Below, in pieces: positions 11,513 through 22,970 of a stretch of DNA of 64,000 nt. Origin of the DNA: Camelus ferus (Eukaryota). The notes under the pieces are model-generated. The model did not search any database and had not been told where the DNA came from. It was given only the letters and a program-made list of their open reading frames with translations. Each line of letters starts with the position of its first letter. Within the stretch, counting starts at the first letter, position 1. The stretch covers positions 24,244,001-24,308,000 of the forward strand of contig NC_045696.1 of assembly GCF_009834535.1 (NCBI RefSeq), in the 5' to 3' direction. The position numbers were made by a program, and so were the translations under genes.

Positions 11513-14500
11513 GTGAGAATATTTTTTCTGAGTTCTTAAGGCTTAATCATTGTGACGTTAATATATTTCAGACAATTCTTTCTTGTTTATAAATTAGCTT
11601 ATAATCACCAGATTAGTGTTTTGTGCATTTATCTCTGCAAATTATTTCATTAGGCAACGTGTGTGTTTTTTTTTAAGTGAATAAATAAGATACAATCCTA
11701 TAACTAAGGAACTTAGGGGAAAGAATAAATATAGGTAAATAAATATAATCAAACAGTAGAAAGAGGTTAAATGCCGTAAGAAAGACACAAACAGTATTCT
11801 TGACAATTCAAAACTGCAGATTACTTCTAGATAGAGGGACTGAGATGCTTGAAAGAGGAATAGCATTTATGCTGATGATATTTAATTTGTTTTTGCCAGA
11901 ACTCAGGGAACATGGACAATTAACACAAAACCTAAAATAACAATCTGATTTGAGATAAGAAGTTGATTATTGCTTTGAGGGAAAAATACAAGTATGTTTG
12001 GTTATTGTGGGTTTATTACAGTTTAAGTCAGTGATTACTTTCTGAATTATATAAAATGGTTACCTCTTACAAGGCATGGTAGTACATCAGCATTTCTGAG
12101 AAATGGTTTTAAAATCTGATTAAATTATCACAAGTAGGTGGGAAGCACAACAGAAAGAGATGAATGAGTGGCTCATTCTGCTTGGATTAACCCTCTTGTT
12201 TTCTAGTGGAGCTACGACCTAGATGAGATTGTCATGTCTCAAGCTCTTGGGCCTTAGGCTGCTCCTGCCTGGGCAGAAGAGCAAGAAGTAAACTGGGAAA
12301 AGGCACAGCGATTGATTTTTGTGCTTATAATTAGTTGTGAAGATTCAACTAATTGAAACCTCTGGTCAGAAGAGAGAGAGCAGATAGAATATCCTAAGAT
12401 TCATGATGTTTTCATGGGCCATGATGTTTCAAAAGGGGAATGGCAGCTTTGAGCCAAATTTGTTCTTTACCTATAGGCATAATATGGCTGGCACACTGGG
12501 AGAGCTAACTCCTTTTCCTTCACTGTTCTGATTATATTCAGGAAACCTAGTGATGAAGTTTTTATGTAATCATTCTACTTTTATTTTAATTACTCGACTT
12601 ATTCTTTCTTGTAATTTCAGCAAGAATATTTTTAAAACACTACAAAATTATTAAACAAAAAGACTATTAACTTACTAGTAATTATTTGGTTGCTAGTTAT
12701 TCTTCACATATTCATATATTATTTTTTCTAAAAATTAAGATTTTAAATCAACCAGGCTTTTATTTATAAATATTAAAAGTTCTTTCATTCAGGTATAATT
12801 ATGTGTTAATGTCTATGTGATAGTCTGAAATCTGCTTTTTTATTTGATGAGGCATATTTGATATTGAACCCCTATTCTCAACTTTTAATTTTGTTAAAAT
12901 GAAAATTATAATCATGCATATTCTTGTGACTCACAATTATATCTTGTTTGTTGTTGTTTTTAATTTGTCATCGCCCTTGTTTTGTGGTAAGCATCAAACA
13001 CTTATGACAGTTGTAAATACACCATAGATAGCAGATGGTAAAATACATAGCTAACAAGTTGTCCTTGAAAAATGATCAAATTTAGATCTTTCTTCCAGAT
13101 AGAAAAGAAGATAGATTCTTTAGGATATATTGTGAACAACTTTGAAAGCAATTAAAAATGAATTATTAGTGATTATCCATATCATTTACATAGATCTAAA
13201 AATGTTTCAAGATTTAAAAAATGAATGTGTTAAGTGTGTATTTTCTAAAACATCTTGTTAAAGTTCTTCCTTTTGAATGAGGAGCCCGTGGTCAAATAAG
13301 ATTGAGAGATGTTGAACCATAGTATATAGTATCTATTCGCTAGACCTGCCATTAGCCAGTAGACTGGCAGTCTCCAAAAAGAAAATCTTGAATATATCTA
13401 GTATATGACAGAATACAATTGAAGACTCTAAGCTAATATATTTCATGAAGTTTTGGCATAGTTTGTCATACAGCTGCACTCTGAAACCATTCATGTTATA
13501 TTTTTAAGTACAGTAATGTCCTGAATGAGAGGCCAAGGAGGGTGATTTGGAAAAAAAGGAAAATAATTTGATTAATTGAATATTTCAAACCATATGAAAC
13601 ATGAAGTTTCTATAAATCTCTTTAGTGTCTTAGACCAAGATTTCCCTTGCTCACTTGGTAACTCTCCCTTTTGAAAGAAATAGTCATCTTGTATACCAAC
13701 AAAATCACTCTCTTGTGTTTTAGAGAACTCCACGTACTTTCTGTGCTCTGTTCATCTCAGTGTGTAACATTTATTAACTAATTTTGATAAATATTGATAA
13801 TACAAAAAGTTGATATCTGGGTAGAATTAAATAATTGACCATAAATCAATTTAGCTTTAAACATTTTAATATACTCATTTTCTCTCTTAGTGGAGTTTTT
13901 GTTGTTACAGCTCATGATTTCTCACTGGGAAGAGTTCTTTTTTGTATATATTTTTTCTAGTTCAATTAAACTGTCATTGACTATTTCAGCAGATGTCTTA
14001 AGTGTTAAAGCTTTTATGTCAGAGATAGTATCTTTGTGGAGAGATGAAAATGTGGTCCAGTGATTTAGCTGGTTCTAGCAGATTGGGTTACCAGGTTGGT
14101 AAAGTGAGGCTAATTGTCAAGATGGAAAGGCTTCCCAGACTTCCTCCAAAACACTACTCAAAGTAAGGTTTTTAATTTTAAAAATACCGTTTTGATAAAG
14201 TGTTTAAAGTTTTACACGAGGTTTTCAGGGAGGACATAGTAGTGGTGAAACCAAGATCAGTCCAGAATCTGGGTGAGTCATTTTATTTGGGGTTAATTTC
14301 CATAAACTCACGTGGCTATTTTACTGATGTTTCCCTTGTTTTGTGGATGACCGCCTGGGCAGGAAAATTTGGATGTTCGGCTCAAAAGGAGCATTGCTGG
14401 GTTCCAGCGCAGCTTCTACCCGTCCTTTAGTTCTTTAGCCTCCTTTGCCATGGCCAGCACTTTGGTTCAGAGTTCATTTCTCAATCCGGAGCCCTGGTGC

Positions 14501-16145
14501 TGCCACACCGCTCAACTAATGTCCTAGCCCCCCGCTCTCACAGACACTCGATTTTCCCAGAACTTCAGTTTGCTGTGTTACTTCTTTGACCAGAATAATT
14601 CAGCAATCCCAGTAGCATAATGACCATAGAAAAGTAACAGACCTTCCTTCAAATAATCCTAATTTACCATTATAATAGGAAACTAATATAATTAACATTT
14701 TTTTCTGAATTTGGTGTCTTTAAAGACTTGATTTTCCTTACGTCTTTTACTTAATACCTTCATTGATATGACTAACATCATTTGGGGAGGAAAACCCCCA
14801 CTATACCAAGTCTCTGTGCCAACTAAGTTTTTCTTCTTTCCCATGAAAGTCTTCAAATGAGGTAATTAAAATAATTTTAAAACGTGTTGATTAAAGTGTC
14901 AGCTCACTTTCTCTTCTTACACAGACCCTTGTCTCTTTACTTAAATTAACTGCGGTAAATCTGATATTCTCCTTGATTCTCTGCTGTATCTGCCCTTGAG
15001 CCATGCGGCCTATGGTTTGCACATCTGAAACTGGTGTGATTCTAACAGTAGACCTTATTATGTTCCTTATTTAGATAATTAGAATTTCCCCATTCTGGAT
15101 TAGAGATGTACTAGTAATTTTCAAGCCCTATTTATTTTCTTTTTTGCATTTACTTGATAGAGCAATTGTTAATAGTCCAATCTATGCAAGCTTCTAGCTG
15201 GAAGCTTTTTGTTGCCACTCCTCCTCCCTGCCATCTTGCAGCCTGTCCACTAAGCTTCTCAAAATATTTGTCGTGAAGGACCAGTTTTTGTTTAGTTGTC
15301 TTCACTTCATTATTCTAGTAAATCATTCTTATTGTATTTTTTAAAAGCTTCTGTCTATGGCAGGCTGGAAATTAAGGAAGATATATACAAAATATAAGTC
15401 CAAATCTTTCATCATTAAATTCAAAAGCCATCAGATTACTTTGTCAAACTGTATAAAAGTTTCTAATCACTTGTAATTTTTTGTTCTTCAAGTAGCTTAC
15501 TTACAGTTTCTAGAACATACCCTGTACTGCTGTGCTTCTCTGCTGGGGACGGACGCTCCTCTCACTACCTAAAGGATCTTTTAGCTTCTTTTCTGATTGT
15601 CAAAGCCGTACTTATTCTTAGAGTCAGTTGGTATGCCACCTCTGTGGAATACCTTCACTCGAAAAAGTGTCGCCTGCCTTTTCACACCATCTTCTTCCTA
15701 GGAATTTGCCCTTCCATGCTTTTTCCACTGTGTTCATGCCTTCTCATATGGTGGTATCTCATTATGTTGCTGATTATCTTTTTACCTGACAAGATTGTGG
15801 GCCCACTCAAGGCTGGTGTATCACTTAGTTATCCTTCTGTCTTCAACACTCAACACACAGCCATTCCTTTGTAAATATTTGTGGAGTTGTTAGCTTCTTC
15901 TGTGGTAAATTCAGAAGAGCGGTGGCTGTCCAAAGGTGGAAACACTCCATATCCCCTGTATCTCCGAGCCTTCTTTTTTAAAGGGTTGTTCTTTTCCCAC
16001 TGGAGTTTTAGAAATATTTCTGCACAGAGAACAGTATTTATCCATCACAGTTATAGTGTAAATTCTTGAAAATTCGAAAGTAGAGATTTCATTTGAGGAT
16101 TAAAACCAAGATTATGCTTCTTGACTCTCTGCGTTAGTAGACCAG

Positions 16146-16465
16146 CAGCAGCTCTCAAAGTTCTTGGTCTAGGACCCCTTTGTGCCCTTAAGTTATTGAG
16201 GACCCAGGAGACTTTTTGTTCCTGAGGGTCATATCAACCCATATTTACCATATTAGAAATTCAAACTGAGAAAGATTTTAAAACGCAAGAGTACACAAGG
16301 ATGCATTACAGTAGCCACCAGCACAGTGACACGTGGTAAAAAGACCTTAGACAACTCCACTACAGACTCAGGAGAGAAACGAAAGCAGGTAACAGGTTAG
16401 TACTGCGAAAGCAGCCTTGACCTCACATCATTCGGGGTCCCCGGACCACACTTTGAGAACTGCTG
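16146..16465 (-). mobile_element. hAT-Charlie1-derived non-autonomous DNA transposon
   Basis: 16-bp TIRs CAGCAGCTCTCAAAGT (16146-16161) and ACTTTGAGAACTGCTG (16450-16465), 15/16 complementary. Subterminal Charlie1-like motifs (ggacccctt...ttattgaggaccc; ggggtccccggaccacactttgagaac). Confidence 0.85.
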
Positions 16466-17849
16466 CTTTACAGGAATTCAATTGCCTAACTGCCAACAGA
16501 ATATTCTGTATTTTTATTTCAATAATTTTGTAACCTAACTTTTGTGTTTGTGGATTAGTAAATTGTTTTTTGTTTGTTTGTTTTTTAAATATCTGCAAGG
16601 CCTATCATGTTACCCACTCTTCTATTAATGTCTAGATATAGAATGTGCTGGAACCTATTACCACAGTTGGCTTGGCAACTATAAGATGGAGATGCTTACT
16701 CAAGGAGAAGTCATTTTATTTGTGGCTACGCTGTAAGGTCATTCCCAGTTATGCCCTGTCAGTGCCCTGGCTTTCCAGTGCTAGCCTGTTTTATGTCTTA
16801 GGAACCTCCAAGTACTTCTGTGCTGATTCTCCTGATTCCAGAGAGTTTGGAGGTTTGATCATTTTCTTAATGATTTCGCAAAGTAAAGTTCTGTCTTCTT
16901 TGGGGAGTGAGAAGTCTTCCCTTCAAAATCTTTTCTTCTTCTCTCCTTTGTTTGACCTTCCCCTCCACTTGCCTCAACCTGATCCCCGACGCTGGCTCTC
17001 CTTTCCTGAGAGTACGGCCTGCTCTCTGGCACATAGTTGCTTGGCCCTGGTGACTCCTGTTCTTTTTCACTCCTTACCCTCTTACTTTGGCTGATACTCT
17101 GTTAAATTCTTTCTGAGGTCTTAGCAGGACAGTCAGTCTCCTACAGTATTTGACGACTCTTTTCAAATTAAGTGGGTACTAGGTCTTTCTGGAGAGTTCT
17201 GGGAATGCACTGTGTACCTGTCAACTGCATGGGGATACCAAGATGGCAGCTAGTTCATACTCGTGAATTCACTGACAGCTCAGGATTCTGTGTACTCATA
17301 GTCGTTTTACTGTGTCATGGCATCGTGGTGTGAGCTGTAGTTTGGGGACTTATCATTATGAGTGATAAGAAGCACAAAGCTGATAGAATGTTGGGGACTT
17401 TTTATTTTTTAATTCTGTGTCCTAAACATAGTAGGCACTCAATAAATATTTGCTGAGTTAATTTGATTTTCATTAGTGTTGATGAAACTCTGAGCTCCAA
17501 CAGCAACACTGTGGTTTAAGCCAAGGGAACTATGCCATCACACTGTTCTGAAAAAGTACACGTTGCTGCCTTAATAAGCAAAATCTTTACCCAGTACTTA
17601 ATGAAGATTGTTTGAAATGTACAAAATTCAGATCTCCAATTCTGACTCTGTTAAATACCTCTACAGTAGTTCTTAGTTTTCTTGAAACTTTGTACACATC
17701 ATATTACAGTGTTTTACAAACCTAGGCTTGAGACACTATAATTATTTTTTTGATTTAATGAATTTACTATTAAAAATATCCTATTTTATAGCACTATTTG
17801 TGTTATATAAATTATCTGAATAATCAAACCATTGTTTTTCAGAGCTGTC

Positions 17850-18350
17850 TTTTTCTTCAGCTCTCCTGCCCCTGCCTTATTTTGACTGTTTTCTTCTCTG
17901 CACTAGTTCATTTCAATTTCTTCTCCCCTCCAAGCCATCAGTAACTCTACAGCTTCTGTTTTTGTTTTTGTGTTTTAAAATGCATTTAATCGTAGGCCTG
18001 CAGAGCTTCCACTGCCCTCCAGATAAAGGCCAGCTCCTTGGCATGACCTTGACTCAAAGTCCTTGGTCCTAATTGTGTTTTCAGCCTAATCTCCAGACAC
18101 ATTGGACCACCGGATTCCTGTTCTCACACTCAGCAATTCTCTGCCTTTCAGTACTGTTTTTGTAGCCCAGAGTGGCTGCCATTCTCTTCTGCCTGGCCAG
18201 CCCATGCTTATTTTTTTTAACCATCACTGACCACCACCTAGGGCACAGACACATGTAAACTGAAAACTTAGTTGCAGCCTACTCTGTTCCCAGAGCACTT
18301 TTTACAGACTCCAGCCATAGCAGTTACCACAGTATGTACCCTGTCTCCTT
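17850..18350 (+). mobile_element. Highly decayed L2 fragment
   Basis: gcttccactgccctccagataaaggccagctccttggcatgacc...ctctgttcccagagcacttttt resembles the L2 3' region. Confidence 0.5.
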
Positions 18351-19582
18351 TGGCATAGTGACTGAAGAAAAATTCACATGTACTTTTCACTCTCATGTTA
18401 TCTGCTTACCAGATAAATTACTTTACCTTTTTCCTAGCCCACTTGGGAAAGCATTTCTGAATTCAAGTGAGTGAATTTGTGGTTGTCACTCAACATAATC
18501 TAGAAGTCATTTAGTTTGTTTTTTAAAAAAGGGCATAATTTGCAATCTGTTGGATCGTAATAAGTTTATGCCTTACACTAAATGCTCTTTTCAATAATTA
18601 TGACATATCTTATACCTGATGATGCCAAACTAATGTCATAGGTGGACATACACTGATTTTTAGGGTATTGCATTTTAAGTACTAAAGCTGTTTTTTGTTT
18701 GTTTGTTTGTTTTTCCCCCTAGATTATTTCTTGAGAGCTATAGCTACTAAATTAAAGTTTAACAGCATTCCAGGGAAGACTCACACCCTCTGCTGAAATT
18801 AATACATTATCTTTTGATCCCTGCGCTGGAAATGCTACAACACAATAACAAAATGTCATGCTAATTTCTTAAAACAGGACCGGGATTGTTTCGTCTTGTT
18901 TTGCTTATGCTCACTTCCACCATTCTGATTTTCCCCCCTCTTAACAGTGTATTCATCATTTTGTTAGGAATAAGGAATTTAGTAAACATATGTAATTTTT
19001 TTACCTGTTTTAGTTTTAGTAAGCTGCATGAAATATGCATGAAGTGTATGATTTAACCAGCTAAAAACTTATTTAAAAAGAATTCAAGATTAATGTTGAT
19101 GGAAATGCTTCCTTAGTCTTAATCTATTACTTGCTGCAAATCTAAACAATAACGAAAAGAGCTTTAAGTTTTACATTCACTGCACTAAAATATGATCTAG
19201 AAAAAAATTTGCCCTGAATTCTTTAATCTCAATGGGAGGGTTTAGTTTTAAGGACTATCAGCTGCCTCATCCTTTGTGATCACCTGCTTACAGAATTTGT
19301 TATGAGAGAATGCTCCTAGGTTGACCATCTCTCCAGAATGCTTGTGATTTGTTCTGTTCTGCTTGGGAAGGGTTAAGAGGAGACAACATCCTGTCAAAGA
19401 CCTTGTTTTTAATTTTGCTTCTTCGCACTGGCACAGATCCTGCTAAGAGCAGCCCAGATTAGTTCGGAAAACCTTTGAAGAGATTTAAGATGTCCTTCAG
19501 CCAGTTTGAAGGTTTTTGTCTTGCAAATCCAGTACAAGGGCGCCTGCAGGCATCTCGACCCTTGCTGTGCTGCTGATGCAGC

Positions 19583-19600
19583 TCAAGGTCACACTAACCC
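19583..19600 (+). promoter_or_regulatory. Composite ERRE/ERE-like element
   Basis: TCAAGGTCA (19583-19591, consensus ERR/SF-1 site) whose half-site is also part of the palindrome GGTCAcacTAACC (one mismatch from the ERE consensus). Confidence 0.55.
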
Positions 19601-21499
19601 GCCCTGTGACATTCAACAACAAAAAAAAATTATGCGGGGAAACTGCTTCAGCGTTCAGCCAACCAACAACTTCCTTTAGTGTGGAACTGAGGAAGAAGTC
19701 TTTTTTTCCCCTCTTTTTCTTTTTTTGGGGGCTCTGAATTTTTGCTGTAGGAAATAATCCTGGATTTCTGGTGTGTGTGATGACAAGGTCATTTCTTAAT
19801 TAGAACACATGTAAAGAACAAAGCTAAATGGCTTCAAAACAGCTTTGTAGTTGATGGAGAGGATTTAAATTATTTAAAGAGATAGTCACCCATGTATGAT
19901 GGAAGCTGAATTCTAAAGACATTAACTCCTTCATTCCTGTCTACTTGCCATTTCTTTCTTTGAATTCCTTATGTCTGACTTAGAAGGTTGCATTCTAAAC
20001 TTAAGAAAATTTGTAAATGCCCATTTTCTTAAAAAGGATTAAATATAATTAATAACCCAAATTCTCGGATAAACTTTTAATGAGCAAGTCCCCCCCCCCA
20101 CCCCCGATATTTATCTCCTGGAAATTTTTATCAAATGGCTTGGCTTAGGAACTAAGAATTAGAAACTTTTTCTGCTGGCAACTGTGATTTATTTATAATG
20201 TGGTGGAGGAGGGTGAATGAAGTGCTTCTTTATTGCCTCACCTTTTCTTCCTCACTTTTTCCCATTTGTGACTTGGAATTCCAGTAAAGCAATTTGCCCT
20301 GCGTACTTTAGAAAATATAGTACACGCCACTCAGGTTTCTCAGCTTTCAAAGAATTGGTGTAGAAAGATACGTGTTTTTTCCCTAAGGGGGGAAGAAGTA
20401 ATTTTGGTTTAAAATGGACTTTAAGAAAGTTGTTTGAACATACTACTTTTTTAAGGCACAGTGTAACTGTGTCAATAATCACTTAATAGCCATATTGGAC
20501 TTTTTCTCCTTCATGGGACTTGTTTCCCAGTTTTGTTCCTCATCTATTGCCTGTGAGAGCTGACTACCAGACGTTAGCTGGATAGAGTCCAGATGAATTG
20601 GCTTTCTAAGCTTGAGACAATGCATATCACCTCTGTAGGATTAGAGCGGAATAATCTAAGAGAGTAATTTTATAGTTGATACTTTTTTGTGTATATCATA
20701 TGTAGAAGCACATTTTGCAGTTATTTCTTTATACACAAAATGACATCATGCAGATAAATTTAACTTCATTATGATCTTAGCCTAAGTATTCTCAGAATTC
20801 ACACCCAGTTGCCTTTTAAAGAAGGTGTTTCCCTATAAGTGTGAGTGAAGTAGAACCAGGGCAAGTAGTTCAGGAAGATGGATATAATATTTAAAGTGTG
20901 ATTATTTGAACTGATATTTTGGAATTTGGGGGGGCACACTTAAATTTAAGTTTGAGGGGATAACATGATGGATTGTTTAAGGACAGTTTAGAATTAACTA
21001 GACGTATTATTCTGAAAGGTTTTCCTCCTGTCAAGAAGCAATGCATTTGGGGTCTCCATGAAAAGTAGAAAAGTATCTACACTTTTTAAGTTATGGCTAT
21101 TTTAAAGGATTTTAGGTTTGCAAAAAGAAAATGCTGGAGGGGAAATCTACATGCAAGGAAATGGGTAGCGAGATTCTGTGCGTCCCTGCCCTTGCCTGGA
21201 GTCTGGTATGCCCTTATGTCATGGATGACCCAAGCTCACCTGCTAGTAATTTCTAATTTACTGTCCTAATTCATCGATTTGTTATCACTAATTGTTCTTC
21301 ATTTACTTCTGTGTAGTTTCCAGTACCTAAAGGGTTGAAAGGTTGCTGTAATTGGCACCCGCAGCTGCTCTTTCTTTTGACAGGGGATAATTTTGCAGCC
21401 TATGCTTTGTGTGACAGCTGCCTAATTGGGCATTCTCCCCTTGTAGCAAGCCTGCCTCCTCCAGCCTCCCTGCTGACAAATGGTGGTGGATTATAGATG

Positions 21500-21592
21500 A
21501 GGACACGCTGACCCACTCGACCTTGCTGAGACAGCGGGGAGGGGCCTCCTGCTACTTGAGGGAAGCTTTAGGTCATTTAGAGGACAAGGTCA
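21500..21592 (+). promoter_or_regulatory. Nuclear-receptor element cluster (ERE-like IR3, DR3, DR5 RARE, DR0)
   Basis: AGGACAcgcTGACCC (21500-21514); minus-strand AGGTCGagtGGGTCA (21509-21523); AGGTCAtttagAGGACA (21570-21586) directly followed by AGGTCA (21587-21592). Confidence 0.65.
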
Positions 21593-22684
21593 CTAGCCAG
21601 GTGGGGAAGTGACATGATATCACATGACAGTAGCCTGATGACATGGTCAGTGTGTCAAGGACAAATGCATCAGTATCGGTTAAACATTACTGCAGTACTT
21701 CATTGAAGGCCTAGGATTTCTTAATTCTTCTGCTGATTTTTTTTTTTTTAGAAAAAGGAAGAGTGCAGAATAAGACACCTGTATTTTAGCAGTATTAAAG
21801 CGACTGTTTACATGAAAGAGCTGGTTTAGGAAGCCTGCTCGTAAGTTTGTCCAGTCATCTAGAGTGTTTTGTTCTTGATTATTGTTTACTTTACAGCCCC
21901 TTGACTATCAGTACTATTCAAGAGTTATTTGAAAATTAAGGCAGGCAAATTTTAATAAGGTATGTTGTTAAAAAATATTTAACAACTTCTGTCATCACCC
22001 TACTCAGTGATTGGCATACTTTTGTCACATTTTGAATAAAAGAAAAATAAGCCAAGTGAAAATGCTTATTTGAAAGGAACCTCAAAACTCTGAATTTTAT
22101 GAGACCAAAAATACCACCATGCTGTCATAATTACAAAGTGCTAAAGAGTTTTTTAAATAATTTTTGAGACCTGAAAATATTTTCTAAATAGCTTGGGATT
22201 ATATTGTATAAATGTAGAAGCTGAAAGATAAATACAAATCTTTTGGATATCTTTTCATTATTGGTTAATACGTTTACTTTTCTTGAAGAAGTGGGTTTGA
22301 GCTCTTACAGTACTCTTTTTTTAAGTACAAAATCTTAAGAATCCTCCCTGAGTCTATTAACCCTATATTAATACTTGAGAGAGACAAAGTCCATATAAAA
22401 GGTATTGGATAGTCCAATTTAGAAAAATACCTTGTTTTAAAAACAGTAAACAGGTAATGCAGAGAATACTGAAAATGATTCTCACTTCTGGAAAAAAAAA
22501 ATAATTGTCATTGGGTACTGTTGGATCTAACAGGAGATAATTTTGTGCCCCTGAGGTAAAAAACTATCAATGGTAAAGTGTGATGAATTAGTTCACTGAA
22601 GTAGACACATCTGTGTTTTCATGGCTTGTGTGTAGTGTATGAGAGAGAGAGAGAAAATGTGTGTGTATGTGTGTGTTTAATTTT

Positions 22685-22970
22685 GACCGTGCTGTGCGTG
22701 TGTTTAGCTGCTCTCAAACCCTGACTCAAGCTTGGTGGAGGTTTAATCCTGTGCCCTTGTACACGTAGACTTGATTAGTAGTTGTGGTTATCTCAGCAGA
22801 AGACATACCGCCCTCCTCCTTGTATTGGTCGGGACCTGGGCATTGGGGAGTCAAGGCAAAGGAGAAAGAAAAGAGATTTTACATTAGTATTCTATGAAAG
22901 CCTTACTGTCTGCAGAACAAATTGATTGCTCCGGTGTACCTGTGCTTGGCACCACTGCTGTGAAAGAAAG
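22685..22970 (+). promoter_or_regulatory. Candidate internal promoter / alternative first exon of NRIP1
   Basis: Locally retained CpGs, TGACTCA (22722-22728), GC box CCGCCC, two ATTGG (inverted CCAAT), and a donor-like AAG|GTAGGG at 22970/22971. No transcript evidence available. Confidence 0.35.

Noticed and set aside
16645..17094. 149-aa ORF, and similar 100-146 aa ORFs at 27929, 34395, 44677 and 61447
   Set aside because: Intronic or intergenic, many with non-ATG starts or overlapping repeats, no protein similarity; lengths expected by chance.
18700..19024. Possible cassette exon (acceptor ttttccccctag at 18722, donor-like gtaagc at 19019)
   Set aside because: Donor context is weak, the exon would be ~300 nt, and I recall no matching NRIP1 exon. 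Unsupportable without RNA data.
20090..20105. C-run (potential minus-strand G-quadruplex)
   Set aside because: Short homopolymer with no supporting context.
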